Assembly: GCA_964543655.1 (NCBI GenBank)
Contig: CAZIZE010000026.1
Span: forward strand, 1 to 51,543
Length of the DNA: 51,543 nucleotides
Direction of reading: 5' to 3'
From: an uncultured bacterium
GTDB taxonomy: Bacteria; DYJV01
Shown: piece after piece, positions 8,870 to 18,975 of the stretch
Layout of the letters: every line of letters starts with the position of its first letter
Position numbering within the stretch: position 1 is the stretch's first letter
The notes under the pieces: generated by a model
Told to the model about the DNA's origin: nothing
What the model saw: the letters and a program-made list of their open reading frames with translations, nothing else
Database searches by the model: none
Program-made: the position numbers and the translations under genes

Positions 8870-10527
8870 ATTTTTCCAGATTTTATAATACCATAGATTA
8901 GCCATAAACCAAGCAAAAATGCAAATATGAATCCAGATATTCCTATAATGGAGAAGCCATTAATAGATGGTCCAATATCCGATTTTATAAAGATAGATGA
9001 AGCAATAATTGTAGAAGATATTATAAAACTGAGCACAAGTCTGTTTGTAGCTCTATCCATTTCTCTTATAAAATCTTCAAGCCCTTTATGATAAAATTTT
9101 ATTTCAAGTTTATTTCTTTTAAGAAGCTTAAGGATATCTGCAAGAGAAAATGGTATCTCTTCAGTAACTTCTTTGATTTCCTGCAATTTTTTTAAAGCTT
9201 TTTTCCGTAATGAATATATATTATTTTCTTTAGCAAGAACTGATTTAACTATTTTTTTTGCATTTTCAAAAATATCAAAATTTGGGTCAAGGTTTTTTAA
9301 AATTGATTCCATTGTAATCATTGTTTTATCAAGTAAAACATAATCCACTATTATTTTTATCTGATATTTTCTGAGTAATCTCAGTAGTTCTTTTAATACC
9401 TTGCCAATGTAGAAATTTTTTAAAGAAACATTGTAATATGTATCAAGAAAATCTAATAAATTTTTTTTAAATTTTGTAAGATTGTCAACATAAAACTCAT
9501 CACTCATATTTGTTAGCACTTTTACTATTTTATCCACATCTTTATTTGCTATTGCAAGGATTAATTCTCCAATATTAATCTTCATATCATCTGTAAATCT
9601 GCCCATCATACCAAAATCAAGGTATGCTATTTTTCCATCATCAAGAACAAAGATATTTCCAGGATGAGGGTCAGCGTGAAAAAAACCGTAAATGAGAACT
9701 TGCTCTATAACCTTTTTGCTCCATATATTTGCAATTTTTTTCAAATCAAAACTACTTTTCTTTAATTTAGAAAAATTATTTATTTTTATCCCTTCAATAT
9801 ATTCAATTACAAGATAATACTCATTACACAGATCTTCATAAATTTTAGGTATATAGATAAAATCATCATTTTCATAAATCTTACGAAAATTTTTTATATT
9901 TTGAAGTTCATGAAAAAAATCAAGCTCTTTAGTAATAATCTCTTCAAATTCTTCCACAAGGTCATAAGGCCTGAGAAGTTTCATTTCTGGAATGTATGTT
10001 TCAAGAAGAGTGGCAAACTGCTTGAGAAGCATAATATCTGTTGTAACAGTTTCATCAATATTTGGGCGTTTGATCTTTATAACAACATCTTCTCCTGTTT
10101 TTAATTTTGCTTTATGTACTTGTGCTATTGAAGCTGAGGCAATAGGTTCTGGCTCTATGTATAGAAAATCATCTGAAATATATTTTTTTAAAACTTTGTA
10201 TGGAAGCGGTGCAACTTTATCCTGAAGTTTTTCAAGTTCTTTAATCCAAGATTCTGGCAAAATATCTTCTCTGATACTCAATACCTGTCCAAGTTTTATA
10301 AAGGTAGGGCCTAATTCCTGAAGTGCCAACCTAAATCTTCTTTCATTACTAAGTGATTCAAAATCTTTACTTTTTTTTAATTTGAAAATATTTTTACTGA
10401 GGTAGAAGTAGTAATCTAACTTTAATTCACTAAGAATACCACCAAAACCGTATTTTACTAATACTGGTATAATTTGATTTAATCTTTTTAATTTTTTATA
10501 AGTTTTTGCTAATTTGAATATATTCAT
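8866..10527 (-). CDS. ubiB: UbiB/AarF (ABC1) family atypical kinase
   Basis: LGPTFIKLGQ, ASASIAQVH, FHADPHPGN, LDFGM, two C-terminal TM helices. Confidence 0.9.
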   Translation of the reverse strand: MNIFKLAKTYKKLKRLNQIIPVLVKYGFGGILSELKLDYYFYLSKNIFKLKKSKDFESLSNERRFRLALQELGPTFIKLGQVLSIREDILPESWIKELEKLQDKVAPLPYKVLKKYISDDFLYIEPEPIASASIAQVHKAKLKTGEDVVIKIKRPNIDETVTTDIMLLKQFATLLETYIPEMKLLRPYDLVEEFEEIITKELDFFHELQNIKNFRKIYENDDFIYIPKIYEDLCNEYYLVIEYIEGIKINNFSKLKKSSFDLKKIANIWSKKVIEQVLIYGFFHADPHPGNIFVLDDGKIAYLDFGMMGRFTDDMKINIGELILAIANKDVDKIVKVLTNMSDEFYVDNLTKFKKNLLDFLDTYYNVSLKNFYIGKVLKELLRLLRKYQIKIIVDYVLLDKTMITMESILKNLDPNFDIFENAKKIVKSVLAKENNIYSLRKKALKKLQEIKEVTEEIPFSLADILKLLKRNKLEIKFYHKGLEDFIREMDRATNRLVLSFIISSTIIASSIFIKSDIGPSINGFSIIGISGFIFAFLLGLWLIYGIIKSGKI

Positions 10528-10535
10528 AGGAGAAA

Positions 10536-10832
10536 TTAGTTTGAAATTTTTGATTCAATTTCTTCAAGCCTTTTCTCAATTTTTGCAAGGTCACTTTTTT
10601 TAACTAATCCTGCTTTTTCAATACATTTATTAATTTGAATATCAATTTTCTTTTCAAGGTCTTTTAAAAAATCTTGATATCTATCTTTAAATTTACCAAG
10701 CATTTCTTTACCTTCTTTTTCTGTAATTTCTCCTTTTTTTATAAAACTTTCTATATTTTTCCTAAATTTTTCCTCTGTTAATGCAAGAAAGCCAATTCCT
10801 GCAAGAAATGATTTTTTTAAAAAATCTTCCAT
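10536..10832 (-). CDS. Phasin-like coiled-coil protein (usual UbiB neighbour)
   Basis: MEDFLKKSFLAGIG...KKGEITEKEGK...IEKRLEEIE; ATG 10832 after GGAGG. Confidence 0.7.
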   Translation of the reverse strand: MEDFLKKSFLAGIGFLALTEEKFRKNIESFIKKGEITEKEGKEMLGKFKDRYQDFLKDLEKKIDIQINKCIEKAGLVKKSDLAKIEKRLEEIESKISN

Positions 10833-10833
10833 T

Positions 10834-11913
10834 TTACCCCTCCTTTTTGATATTAATTGGTTGCTCTTCCAGGTAGATTGAAGTTGATGGAAATGCAAAT
10901 TCAAGTCCTGCTTCTTCAACAATTTTTTTTATTTTTAAATTCACATCTTCTCGAACCTCAAGATATTTTTTCCAGTTAGTTGTAAATGTAAAAAAGTATA
11001 AAAAAATTTCAAGTGCACTATCAGTAAAATCATTGAAATAAACAAAAATAGTATCTTTATGAATATCAGGATGATTATTAAGCATTTCTCTAATATTTGA
11101 TAAACACTCTTTTATTTTTGAAGCAGGGCTATTATATTTTAGCCCAAGTTTATATGTAATTCTTCTTTTTCCCATTTTTGACCAGTTTATAATTACATCA
11201 TTAGCAAGCTGCGAATTTGGAACAGAAACCAGAGCCTGTGCAAAGGTTCTAACTTTAGTACTTCTAAAGCCTATATCTTCAACTACTCCTTCAAGTTTAG
11301 GAGTTTGAATCCAGTCTCCAATTTTAAATGGTGTATCTAATAGTATCATAATACTTCCAAAAAAATTAGCAATAGTATCTTTTGCTGCAAGAGCAACTGC
11401 AACACCGCCAATACCAAGACCAGTAATTAAAGCACCAATGTTGATACCCCATTCCTGAATAATAAGAAGAAAACCAAGTATAAAGATGGTAACTTTTATA
11501 AATTTATTAAAAACAGGTAGAAAATTTAAAGCTGTTTCTAATCTTTTTTTCTGAAAGATTTTTTTTAAAGCTTTATTAAATAAAATTTCACTTCTGTAAA
11601 GAATCCAGCAGAATTCAAAAATAATAAAGCTTTTTAAAACTCTAAAAAGAAATAATTCAATTTTTTTATTGGATATTAATACTTCTGCTATTAGAAAAAA
11701 ACCTACAAAAAGAATCAATGCATTGATAGGTGGCTCAAAAATATCAATAATATCGTTGTCTATTTTGGTTTTTGTTCTATTAGCAAGCTTTCTAATAATT
11801 GGTACCAGAAGAAATGAAAATATATAACGTAAAAAAATTGAAGCAATAAATATTATACCAACTAAAATTAATTTATTAAAATCTATTTCATTTATAAGAT
11901 ATTTTTCAATCAA
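10834..11913 (-). CDS. mscS: MscS family mechanosensitive channel
   Basis: GLGIGGVAVALAAKDTIANFFG, PFKIGDWI, EDIGFRST, FAFPS. Confidence 0.92.
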   Translation of the reverse strand: MIEKYLINEIDFNKLILVGIIFIASIFLRYIFSFLLVPIIRKLANRTKTKIDNDIIDIFEPPINALILFVGFFLIAEVLISNKKIELFLFRVLKSFIIFEFCWILYRSEILFNKALKKIFQKKRLETALNFLPVFNKFIKVTIFILGFLLIIQEWGINIGALITGLGIGGVAVALAAKDTIANFFGSIMILLDTPFKIGDWIQTPKLEGVVEDIGFRSTKVRTFAQALVSVPNSQLANDVIINWSKMGKRRITYKLGLKYNSPASKIKECLSNIREMLNNHPDIHKDTIFVYFNDFTDSALEIFLYFFTFTTNWKKYLEVREDVNLKIKKIVEEAGLEFAFPSTSIYLEEQPINIKKEG

Positions 11914-13114
11914 TTTTTTTCCTTAAAATTGAATTTGGATAAATAGAATTATCAAAACTATCTATATAAAATATACTCATTGGTTGCACAAAATCAAGAG
12001 GTTCTCCATTAATATTGTAAATTTTATCAAGAATAATAGGGGTATTTTTAAAATCTTTTGAAATTATTTCAAGAGATTCTCCTTTGAAAATTTTGTTCCT
12101 TGCTTCAATAAAAAGCTTTCCATTTTCATTTTTTACAACCACTCCCATAAATTGATATTTTCTAATGTATCCTGAGGAGTCAAAATTTTCCATTAAATTA
12201 TTTCTCTTTTCAAAAAAACCTTTTGTGTATCCTCTGTTGCTCACTGACGATAGCTCGTTTAGCCACTCTTGCTTAACTTTGAATCTCTCTGGATTTTCAT
12301 AAAAAGAGTCAATTGCTTTTCTATAAACTCTTAATACATTTGAGAGATAATATATACTTTTCATTCTTCCTTCAATTTTAAGAGAATTAATGCCAATTGC
12401 TATTAATTTAGGAAGATAATAGATTCCACATAAATCTTTAGAGTTAAACAGGTATGTTCCCCTACTGTCTTCAAATATTTCAAAAAATTCACCTTTACGT
12501 GTCTCTTCCATAATATAATATTTCCATCTGCACGGATGTGTGCATTCTCCTTTATTTGAAGGCCTTGATGTAAGATAATTACTAAAAAGGCACCTGCCTG
12601 AAAGAGACATACACATAGCACCATGAATAAAAACTTCTAATTCAATACTTTTATTTTTATTTCTAATTAATTCAATATCTTCTATAGATAGTTCCCTTGC
12701 CAAGTTGATTCTTTTGATTCCTATACTGTGCCAAAAATTAACAGACAAAGAGTTTGTGGTATTTGCTTGAGTGCTAAGATGTAAATTTACTTCAGGTAAA
12801 ATTTCTTTAGCAAGGTTTATAATTCCAGGGTCAGAAACTATTAGAGCATCAGGAAGAATATTTTTTAATGAATTTAAAAATCCAATAATTTCGTCAATAT
12901 CATCTTCATAAGGGTAAATGTTTAAGGTTATATAGATTTTTTTATTAAGTTTTTCTGCAAGTTCCTTTGCTCTTTCTATTTCTTCAAGGGTGAAATTACC
13001 TGAAAGGTTCCTTAAACTAAACTTTTTCCAACCAAGGTATGCTGCATCAGCACCATATTCAAAAGCAAATTTTAATTTTTCAAAATTTCCTGCTGGTGCA
13101 AGTAGTTCTACCAT
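11906..13114 (-). CDS. U32 family peptidase-like protein (TrhP/YegQ-like)
   Basis: ELLAPAG, HLSTQAN, HGAMCMSLSGRC, CTHPCR, LKIEGR. Confidence 0.88.
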   Translation of the reverse strand: MVELLAPAGNFEKLKFAFEYGADAAYLGWKKFSLRNLSGNFTLEEIERAKELAEKLNKKIYITLNIYPYEDDIDEIIGFLNSLKNILPDALIVSDPGIINLAKEILPEVNLHLSTQANTTNSLSVNFWHSIGIKRINLARELSIEDIELIRNKNKSIELEVFIHGAMCMSLSGRCLFSNYLTSRPSNKGECTHPCRWKYYIMEETRKGEFFEIFEDSRGTYLFNSKDLCGIYYLPKLIAIGINSLKIEGRMKSIYYLSNVLRVYRKAIDSFYENPERFKVKQEWLNELSSVSNRGYTKGFFEKRNNLMENFDSSGYIRKYQFMGVVVKNENGKLFIEARNKIFKGESLEIISKDFKNTPIILDKIYNINGEPLDFVQPMSIFYIDSFDNSIYPNSILRKKID

Positions 13115-13773
13115 GTCATTTTTTCACACATCTTTTGGCCAATTTCAAAAATATATTTTTCATATATTGTTCGTAATTTGTGAAACTCACCATTATTTAA
13201 TAATGTTATAATCTCACTCTGGTAAGGGATAATGTTATTGAGAATTTCTGGGAATTTATAACAAAAATATCTGTACCTAACTATATGGTTGTTCATTTTT
13301 AAATTAATGTCAAGGAGATATTGATTGGTACAATTTTTAATTAATGTATTGTTGAATTTATCAAATTCTTTAAAAAATTTTGTAATATCTCCTTTTTGAA
13401 GATGTTTTTTTTCATTTTCAATATAATTTGAAAGTTTTTCTATCTCTTTTGGAGAAAGTTTCTGTGCAGCCTTATATACACCAAAAGCCTCAATAACTCC
13501 TTTTAATTCAAAAGTATTAATAATATCTTTTTTGGAAAAAGATTTGACTACAGAGCCTTTTCTTGGAATTAATTCTATAAATCCTTCACATTCAAGTAAC
13601 CTTATAGCTTCTCTAATAGGGGTTCTGCTAATTTTAAGCTCATCAGCAAGTGTAGCTTCAGAAACTTTTTCTCCAGCTTTTAACTCACCATTAATTATTT
13701 TGTCTCTAATATAATTAACTATTTTATCTGGTAAAACTTTATGATCAATAGGTGAAGAAATAGAATTTTTCAT
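13108..13773 (-). CDS. GntR/FCD family transcriptional regulator (paralogue 2)
   Basis: wHTH SEATLADELKISRTPIREA, PRKG wing, FCD-length C-terminus. Confidence 0.88.
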   Translation of the reverse strand: MKNSISSPIDHKVLPDKIVNYIRDKIINGELKAGEKVSEATLADELKISRTPIREAIRLLECEGFIELIPRKGSVVKSFSKKDIINTFELKGVIEAFGVYKAAQKLSPKEIEKLSNYIENEKKHLQKGDITKFFKEFDKFNNTLIKNCTNQYLLDINLKMNNHIVRYRYFCYKFPEILNNIIPYQSEIITLLNNGEFHKLRTIYEKYIFEIGQKMCEKMTW

Positions 13774-13776
13774 TTA

Positions 13777-14442
13777 TTACTCCTTGTTAATATAATATTT
13801 TCTTATAAGTTCTGAACCTAATTCTGCATTTTTTTTAATACATTTTGAAACAAGCTCTTCGTCATTTTTTTTAAATGCATCTATGATTTCTTCATGCTGG
13901 GCAATAACTTCATCGATAAAGTCAGTATGCTCTACCATTAATCTGAATCTTAAATATCTTTTGGTAAGGTTGTCAAGAATTTCAATTAATAGCTTATTCT
14001 TACTAAGAACAATAAATTTCCTATGAAATTGATTGTGAATTTTATTGAAATCTTCAAGGCTGGTATTGTCTTCTTTTTCAAAACTTTTTAATTTATTGTT
14101 CAGCTCTTCTAATTCTTTAATATCTTCTTCAGTGAAATTTTTCAATGCTAATCTACCTGCAAGAGCCTCAAGCGCACCTTTTATTTGATAAAATTCCAGA
14201 ACAGTTTGCTCATTTAGGTCAGTTACAATTGCGCCTTTTCTTGGAACAATGGTTAAAAAACCTTCACTTTCAAGCTTACGAAATGCCTCTCTAATAGGAG
14301 TCCTGCTAATACCATATTTATTGGAAATTTCCATTTCTGTAAGTCTCTTGCCAGGTTTTAACTCTCTTTCAAGAATAGCTTTTCTAATAATGTGATAAAC
14401 TTTGTCTCTTAATGGTAAATGATTTTCTAATATATTAGCCAA
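13777..14442 (-). CDS. GntR/FCD family transcriptional regulator (paralogue 1)
   Basis: ISRTPIREA, PRKG, FCD motifs NQFH and QHEEII; TTG at 14442 lies 7 nt after AAGGAG (ORF track start 14448). Confidence 0.9.
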   Translation of the reverse strand: MANILENHLPLRDKVYHIIRKAILERELKPGKRLTEMEISNKYGISRTPIREAFRKLESEGFLTIVPRKGAIVTDLNEQTVLEFYQIKGALEALAGRLALKNFTEEDIKELEELNNKLKSFEKEDNTSLEDFNKIHNQFHRKFIVLSKNKLLIEILDNLTKRYLRFRLMVEHTDFIDEVIAQHEEIIDAFKKNDEELVSKCIKKNAELGSELIRKYYINKE

Positions 14443-14472
14443 TGGCAAACTCCTTTTATAAATTCTTTTTTA

Positions 14473-14486
14473 TTTTGTATACAAAA
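14473..14486. promoter_or_regulatory. Palindromic operator TTTTGTATACAAAA upstream of the gntR pair
   Basis: Perfect 14-bp palindrome; on the minus strand its TATACA lies 17 bp from TTGTAA (14504-14499). Confidence 0.7.
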
Positions 14487-14586
14487 AACCAAAAAAAATT
14501 ACAAGATTTTTTTTATAAATATATTGTAAAATTTCTGATATTATACTATAAAACAATATTTAATTAAAGTATATGGGGTTTTAAAT

Positions 14587-15729
14587 ATGATTGCTCAAAA
14601 AGCAGCTGAAATATCACCATTTTATGCAATGGAAATTTTAGAAGAAGCTAATAAGCTTGAACAAGAGGGAATTGATATAATTCACCTTGAAATTGGAGAG
14701 CCTGATTTTGACACACCAGAACCAGTAAAAATAAGTGCAAAAAATGAGCTTGATATGGGCAATACTCATTATACACACAGCCTTGGAGTTAATGAATTAA
14801 GGGAAGAAATTGCCAAATTTTATAAAAATAGATACAATGTGAAAATTAAGATAGATAATATATTAGTTACAAATGGTACTTCACCATGTTTATTTCTTGC
14901 TTTTGCTGGATTGTTAGAAACAGGAGATGAGGTTTTACTTTCAAACCCATCTTATCCCTGTTATAAAAATATTATAAAATTTTTAGGTGGAAATTTAAAA
15001 TATGTTAATATCTATGAAGATGAAAATTTTCAGTTTCCTGTAGAAAAATTAAAAAAACTTATTTCAAAAAAAACAAAAGCAATTTTAATTAACTCTCCTG
15101 CCAATCCTACAGGCACTATTTTAGATAAAGAAAATTTAGAAGAAATAGCTTCACTTGGAAAATTAATAGTTTCTGATGAAATTTACCATGGATTAACATA
15201 TGAAGGAGAGGAGCATTCTATTCTTGAATTTACAGATAATGCAATAGTTTTAAATGGATTTTCAAAGCTTTATGCAATGACAGGATGGCGACTTGGTTAT
15301 ATAATATGTCCTGATTGGTTAATCAGGCCGTTACAGAAAATTCAGCAAAACTTTTTTATATCAGCAAATTCTTTTGTTCAAAAAGCTGGAATTGCTGCTC
15401 TTCGTGAGTGTAAAACCCATGTTGAAAGGATGAGGGAAATATATAATAAAAGGAGATTGTTGATAATTAGTAAACTAAAAGATATGGGGTTTACCATAAA
15501 ATCTCATCCAAATGGTGCTTTTTATGTATTTCTGAATGTTAAAAAATATACTGATAATTCACTTGAATTTGCTAAAAAAATTTTGCATAATGCTCATGTA
15601 GGAGTTACGCCAGGTATAGATTTTGGCTCCAATGGAGAAGGATTTATAAGATTTTCATATGCTAACTCAATAGATAATATTAATATAGCAATGGAGCGGT
15701 TGGAATCGTTTTTTGATAAGTTACAGTAA
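14587..15729 (+). CDS. PLP-dependent class I/II aminotransferase
   Basis: IGEPDF, NSPANPTG, SDEIY, FSKLYAMTGWRLG. Confidence 0.92.
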   Translation: MIAQKAAEISPFYAMEILEEANKLEQEGIDIIHLEIGEPDFDTPEPVKISAKNELDMGNTHYTHSLGVNELREEIAKFYKNRYNVKIKIDNILVTNGTSPCLFLAFAGLLETGDEVLLSNPSYPCYKNIIKFLGGNLKYVNIYEDENFQFPVEKLKKLISKKTKAILINSPANPTGTILDKENLEEIASLGKLIVSDEIYHGLTYEGEEHSILEFTDNAIVLNGFSKLYAMTGWRLGYIICPDWLIRPLQKIQQNFFISANSFVQKAGIAALRECKTHVERMREIYNKRRLLIISKLKDMGFTIKSHPNGAFYVFLNVKKYTDNSLEFAKKILHNAHVGVTPGIDFGSNGEGFIRFSYANSIDNINIAMERLESFFDKLQ

Positions 15730-16094
15730 TGTATTTGAAAATAGGCGATTATGTAATAATTATATTTTTTTTAACAGCTATTGTTTTTAGTTTTCAAAAA
15801 GTAAAGAAATTATCATTTGATTCTGTTGAAATAGTTACTCCATATAAAAAGATTGTTTTACCACTAGGTAAAAATAGGATAATTAAAATAAAGGGGAAGT
15901 TAGGATATATGACTGTTGAGATATACAATAAAATGGTGAGGGTAAAAGAATCAAATTGTCCTAATAAAATATGTGTTAAAACTGGATGGATTTCACATAA
16001 TGGTGAATATATTGCATGTGTTCCAAATGGGGTATTAATAAAATTAATTTATAGGAAAAAAGAGAATAAAAATGTTGATTTTATAACAAAATAG
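15729..16094 (+). CDS. NusG domain II-containing protein
   Basis: N-terminal [22 protein letters not shown]. Confidence 0.85.
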   Translation: MYLKIGDYVIIIFFLTAIVFSFQKVKKLSFDSVEIVTPYKKIVLPLGKNRIIKIKGKLGYMTVEIYNKMVRVKESNCPNKICVKTGWISHNGEYIACVPNGVLIKLIYRKKENKNVDFITK

Positions 16095-16107
16095 ATTGGA
16101 GATAAAG

Positions 16108-16410
16108 ATGTTTGGTATAGGATTTAATGAAGTTTTAATAATTTTAATATTAGCACTTATAATAATCGGACCTAAAAAGTTACCGGATATTGCAAAAGCT
16201 TTAGGTAAAGGCTATAGAGAATTTAGAAAAGCCTTTGATGAGGTTAAAGAAGAGATGGATTTGAACTTTGATGATGAAAAATCATACGAAGAAATTAGAA
16301 AAATAGGCACAACTGAGCCAAAAGATAGTAAAGAAGAAAAAGAAGATAAGGAGAAAAAGGAAAATATAAATGGAGAAAGAGAAACAGAGTCAGAATCAAG
16401 AAAATCCTGA
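16108..16410 (+). CDS. tatB: Twin-arginine translocase TatB (TatA/B family)
   Basis: MFGIGFNE...IGPKKLP; directly upstream of tatC; ATG 16108 after GGAG. Confidence 0.8.
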   Translation: MFGIGFNEVLIILILALIIIGPKKLPDIAKALGKGYREFRKAFDEVKEEMDLNFDDEKSYEEIRKIGTTEPKDSKEEKEDKEKKENINGERETESESRKS

Positions 16411-17158
16411 GCATTATAAAATGTCGTTCACTGAGCATCTTGAAGAGTTAAGAGCAAGGCTTGTAAAAGTTTTAATAGCTGTTGGTGTGGGGTTTATTAT
16501 TTCATATTTTTTTTCAAAACAGCTATTTTATTATCTAACATTACCTTTGTTGAATGTTTTACCAAAAAATAATACACTTATTTTTACAGCACTGCCAGAA
16601 GCTTTTTTTACATATTTGAAAATATCTTTTTTTGCAGGGATTTTTCTTGCATCACCTTATATTTTCTACCAAATATGGAAATTTATTTCTCCTGGATTAT
16701 ACCCTGAGGAAAAGAGATATGTTGTTCCTTTTGTGATAGTTTCATCTATTTTTTTTGTTGCAGGAGTAAGTTTTGGATATTTTGTTGTTTTTCCATTTGG
16801 ATTTAAATTTTTTATAAGCTTTCAAAATGATTATATTAAAGCTTTGCCAACTTTGAAGCAATACCTTGGTTTTTCAATGAAACTTCTTTTTGCTTTTGGA
16901 ATTATTTTTGAAATGCCAGTGATTATGTATTTTCTTGCAAAAATAAAAGTGGTTAATTCAAAATTATTAACAAAAAATAGAAAATATACTATATTGATAA
17001 TATTTGTAGTTGCTGCTATTTTGACACCGCCTGATGTTTTTACTCAAATTTTAATGGCATGTCCATTGATTGTGCTTTATGAAATAAGCATTCTTGTAGT
17101 TAAATATGTTGAAAAAAGAAGAAAGAGCAAAGAAAATTCTTTATCAAAAGTTGATTAG
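16370..17158 (+). CDS. tatC: Twin-arginine translocase TatC
   Basis: [26 protein letters not shown]. Confidence 0.95.
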   Translation: MEKEKQSQNQENPEHYKMSFTEHLEELRARLVKVLIAVGVGFIISYFFSKQLFYYLTLPLLNVLPKNNTLIFTALPEAFFTYLKISFFAGIFLASPYIFYQIWKFISPGLYPEEKRYVVPFVIVSSIFFVAGVSFGYFVVFPFGFKFFISFQNDYIKALPTLKQYLGFSMKLLFAFGIIFEMPVIMYFLAKIKVVNSKLLTKNRKYTILIIFVVAAILTPPDVFTQILMACPLIVLYEISILVVKYVEKRRKSKENSLSKVD

Positions 17159-17166
17159 GAGGTTTT

Positions 17167-18045
17167 ATGGGCTACGATTTTCCACCATATAGGCCACCAA
17201 GTGAGGCTTATAGCTGTTTGATTAGATTTACAAGAGGTTGTCCATGGAATAAATGTGAATTTTGTAAAATGTATAAAAAAATAAAATTTGAAATAAGAGA
17301 TATTGAAGAAATTGAGAAAGATATAGAAGAGGCTCCTAATATTTTTGGTAAAAATATAAGAACAGTTTTTATTGGGGATTCTGATTCTCTTATTATGAAA
17401 GTAGAAGACCTTGAATTTCTAATAAATAAAATATGTGAAGTATTTCCAGACCTTGAAAGGATTACAAGTTATGCAAGAATACGGACACTTAAAGCTAAAA
17501 AGCTGAATAATCTGAAAAGACTTTACAATGCTGGCTTAACAAGGGTTCATATTGGTCTTGAATCTGGAAGTGAAAATGTATTGAATTTAATTAGAAAAGG
17601 TTCCAAACCAAAAGATTTTATTGAAACAGCTCCTATAATCAGAGATTCAGGTATTGAATTTTGCTTTTATGTTCTATTAGGTATTGGTGGTGTGGAGTAT
17701 AGTGCAGAACATGCAGAGGAAACAGCACGAGTAATTAATGAAGCTAAACCAGATTTTGTACGATTTAGGACTATTATACCTCTGCCAGGAAGTGGAATAA
17801 AAGCTAAGTTTTCTTCAGGTGAATTAACATACTTATCAGATGCTGAAATAGTTAGAGAGCAGTATAATATTATTAAAAATATCAATGTGAATACTTATAT
17901 AGCCAATGATCATGTATCAAATTTAGTTGCAATAGAAGGATTTTTATTAGACAATAAAGAGAATTTTTTAAAAATTTTAGATGAGGCAATGAAGTTTTAT
18001 AGTGGCAGTAGAAGAAATTATGAAGAGTTAATTAATTACTTATAA
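17167..18045 (+). CDS. Radical SAM protein (YRPPSEA family)
   Basis: YRPPSEA, CPWNKCEFC cluster motif, GLESG. Confidence 0.85.
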   Translation: MGYDFPPYRPPSEAYSCLIRFTRGCPWNKCEFCKMYKKIKFEIRDIEEIEKDIEEAPNIFGKNIRTVFIGDSDSLIMKVEDLEFLINKICEVFPDLERITSYARIRTLKAKKLNNLKRLYNAGLTRVHIGLESGSENVLNLIRKGSKPKDFIETAPIIRDSGIEFCFYVLLGIGGVEYSAEHAEETARVINEAKPDFVRFRTIIPLPGSGIKAKFSSGELTYLSDAEIVREQYNIIKNINVNTYIANDHVSNLVAIEGFLLDNKENFLKILDEAMKFYSGSRRNYEELINYL

Positions 18046-18059
18046 ATATTGGAGAGAAA

Positions 18060-18275
18060 ATGAAGACTATTTCAAAAAAAGAGCTTGAAACACTTATTTC
18101 AAATATAGATAACGAGCCTGTTAAGGCGAAACTTCAGGAATTTTTAAATTATGATGAAGTAGATGTTAATGTTTTTTTTAAAAAAATTAAAGAGTTAGAA
18201 TTGGTTGACGATGTGGATTATAAATTGTTGTTACTTCTTGAAGAGTTTTATTTACGATTTAATGAAGATAATTAA
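18060..18275 (+). CDS. Hypothetical acidic protein
   Basis: RBS GGAG, fills the operon gap; no motif recognised. Confidence 0.6.
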   Translation: MKTISKKELETLISNIDNEPVKAKLQEFLNYDEVDVNVFFKKIKELELVDDVDYKLLLLLEEFYLRFNEDN

Positions 18276-18287
18276 ACTGGAGGTTAT

Positions 18288-18737
18288 ATGTTATCAATTT
18301 TAGAAAAGGAGCTTCTTAAAATAATACAAACAGAGTTTCCTATTGAGGAAAGACCATATAAAAAGATAGCTGAGAGATTAAATATTTCTGAAAATGAAGC
18401 TTTTTCTATAACTAAAAATCTTATTGCAAAGGGTATAATTAGAAGATTAGGTGCAACTTTTGCATCAGACAAGTTAAATTATGCAAGCACATTATGTGCT
18501 GCTCATGTGCCAGATGATAAAATAGATTTATTTGTTCAGGTGGTTAATAGTTATCCAGGGGTTACTCATAATTATTTAAGAAAAGGATATTACAATATTT
18601 GGTTTACATTTATTGGAAGAAACAAAGAATTTATTAGTGAGAAATTAAAAGAAATTTCTGAAAAAACTGGAGTGAATGAAATAGTAAATTTTCCTGCAAA
18701 AAAACTTTTCAAAGTGAAAGTTGATTTAAATGTTTAG
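18288..18737 (+). CDS. ahbA: Siroheme decarboxylase subunit alpha (Lrp/AsnC-like)
   Basis: IQTEFP..ERPY, IIRRLGA.F, STLCAA, GVTHNYLR, NIWFT. Confidence 0.8.
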   Translation: MLSILEKELLKIIQTEFPIEERPYKKIAERLNISENEAFSITKNLIAKGIIRRLGATFASDKLNYASTLCAAHVPDDKIDLFVQVVNSYPGVTHNYLRKGYYNIWFTFIGRNKEFISEKLKEISEKTGVNEIVNFPAKKLFKVKVDLNV

Positions 18738-18975
18738 AATATTAATTTTTTTTCTTATTTTTTATTTAATCTATAAATTTATAAAAAAATTTTTTTCTGC
18801 TGATAATAAAAATAAAAGTAGAGAAAGAGTTAACACCAAAATTAATGGAGAAAAAATAATTCCTTGTGAATTTTGCAAAGTTTATTTTCCCCAGTCACAG
18901 GCTATATTAATGGATGGCAAAAAATTTTGTAGTAAAAATTGCGTTGAAAAATATCTTACAGAAAATCGTAAATGA
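18730..18975 (+). CDS. PP0621-like small membrane zinc-binding protein
   Basis: N-terminal TM, CEFC..Y.P and FCS..C. Confidence 0.65.
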   Translation: MFRILIFFLIFYLIYKFIKKFFSADNKNKSRERVNTKINGEKIIPCEFCKVYFPQSQAILMDGKKFCSKNCVEKYLTENRK

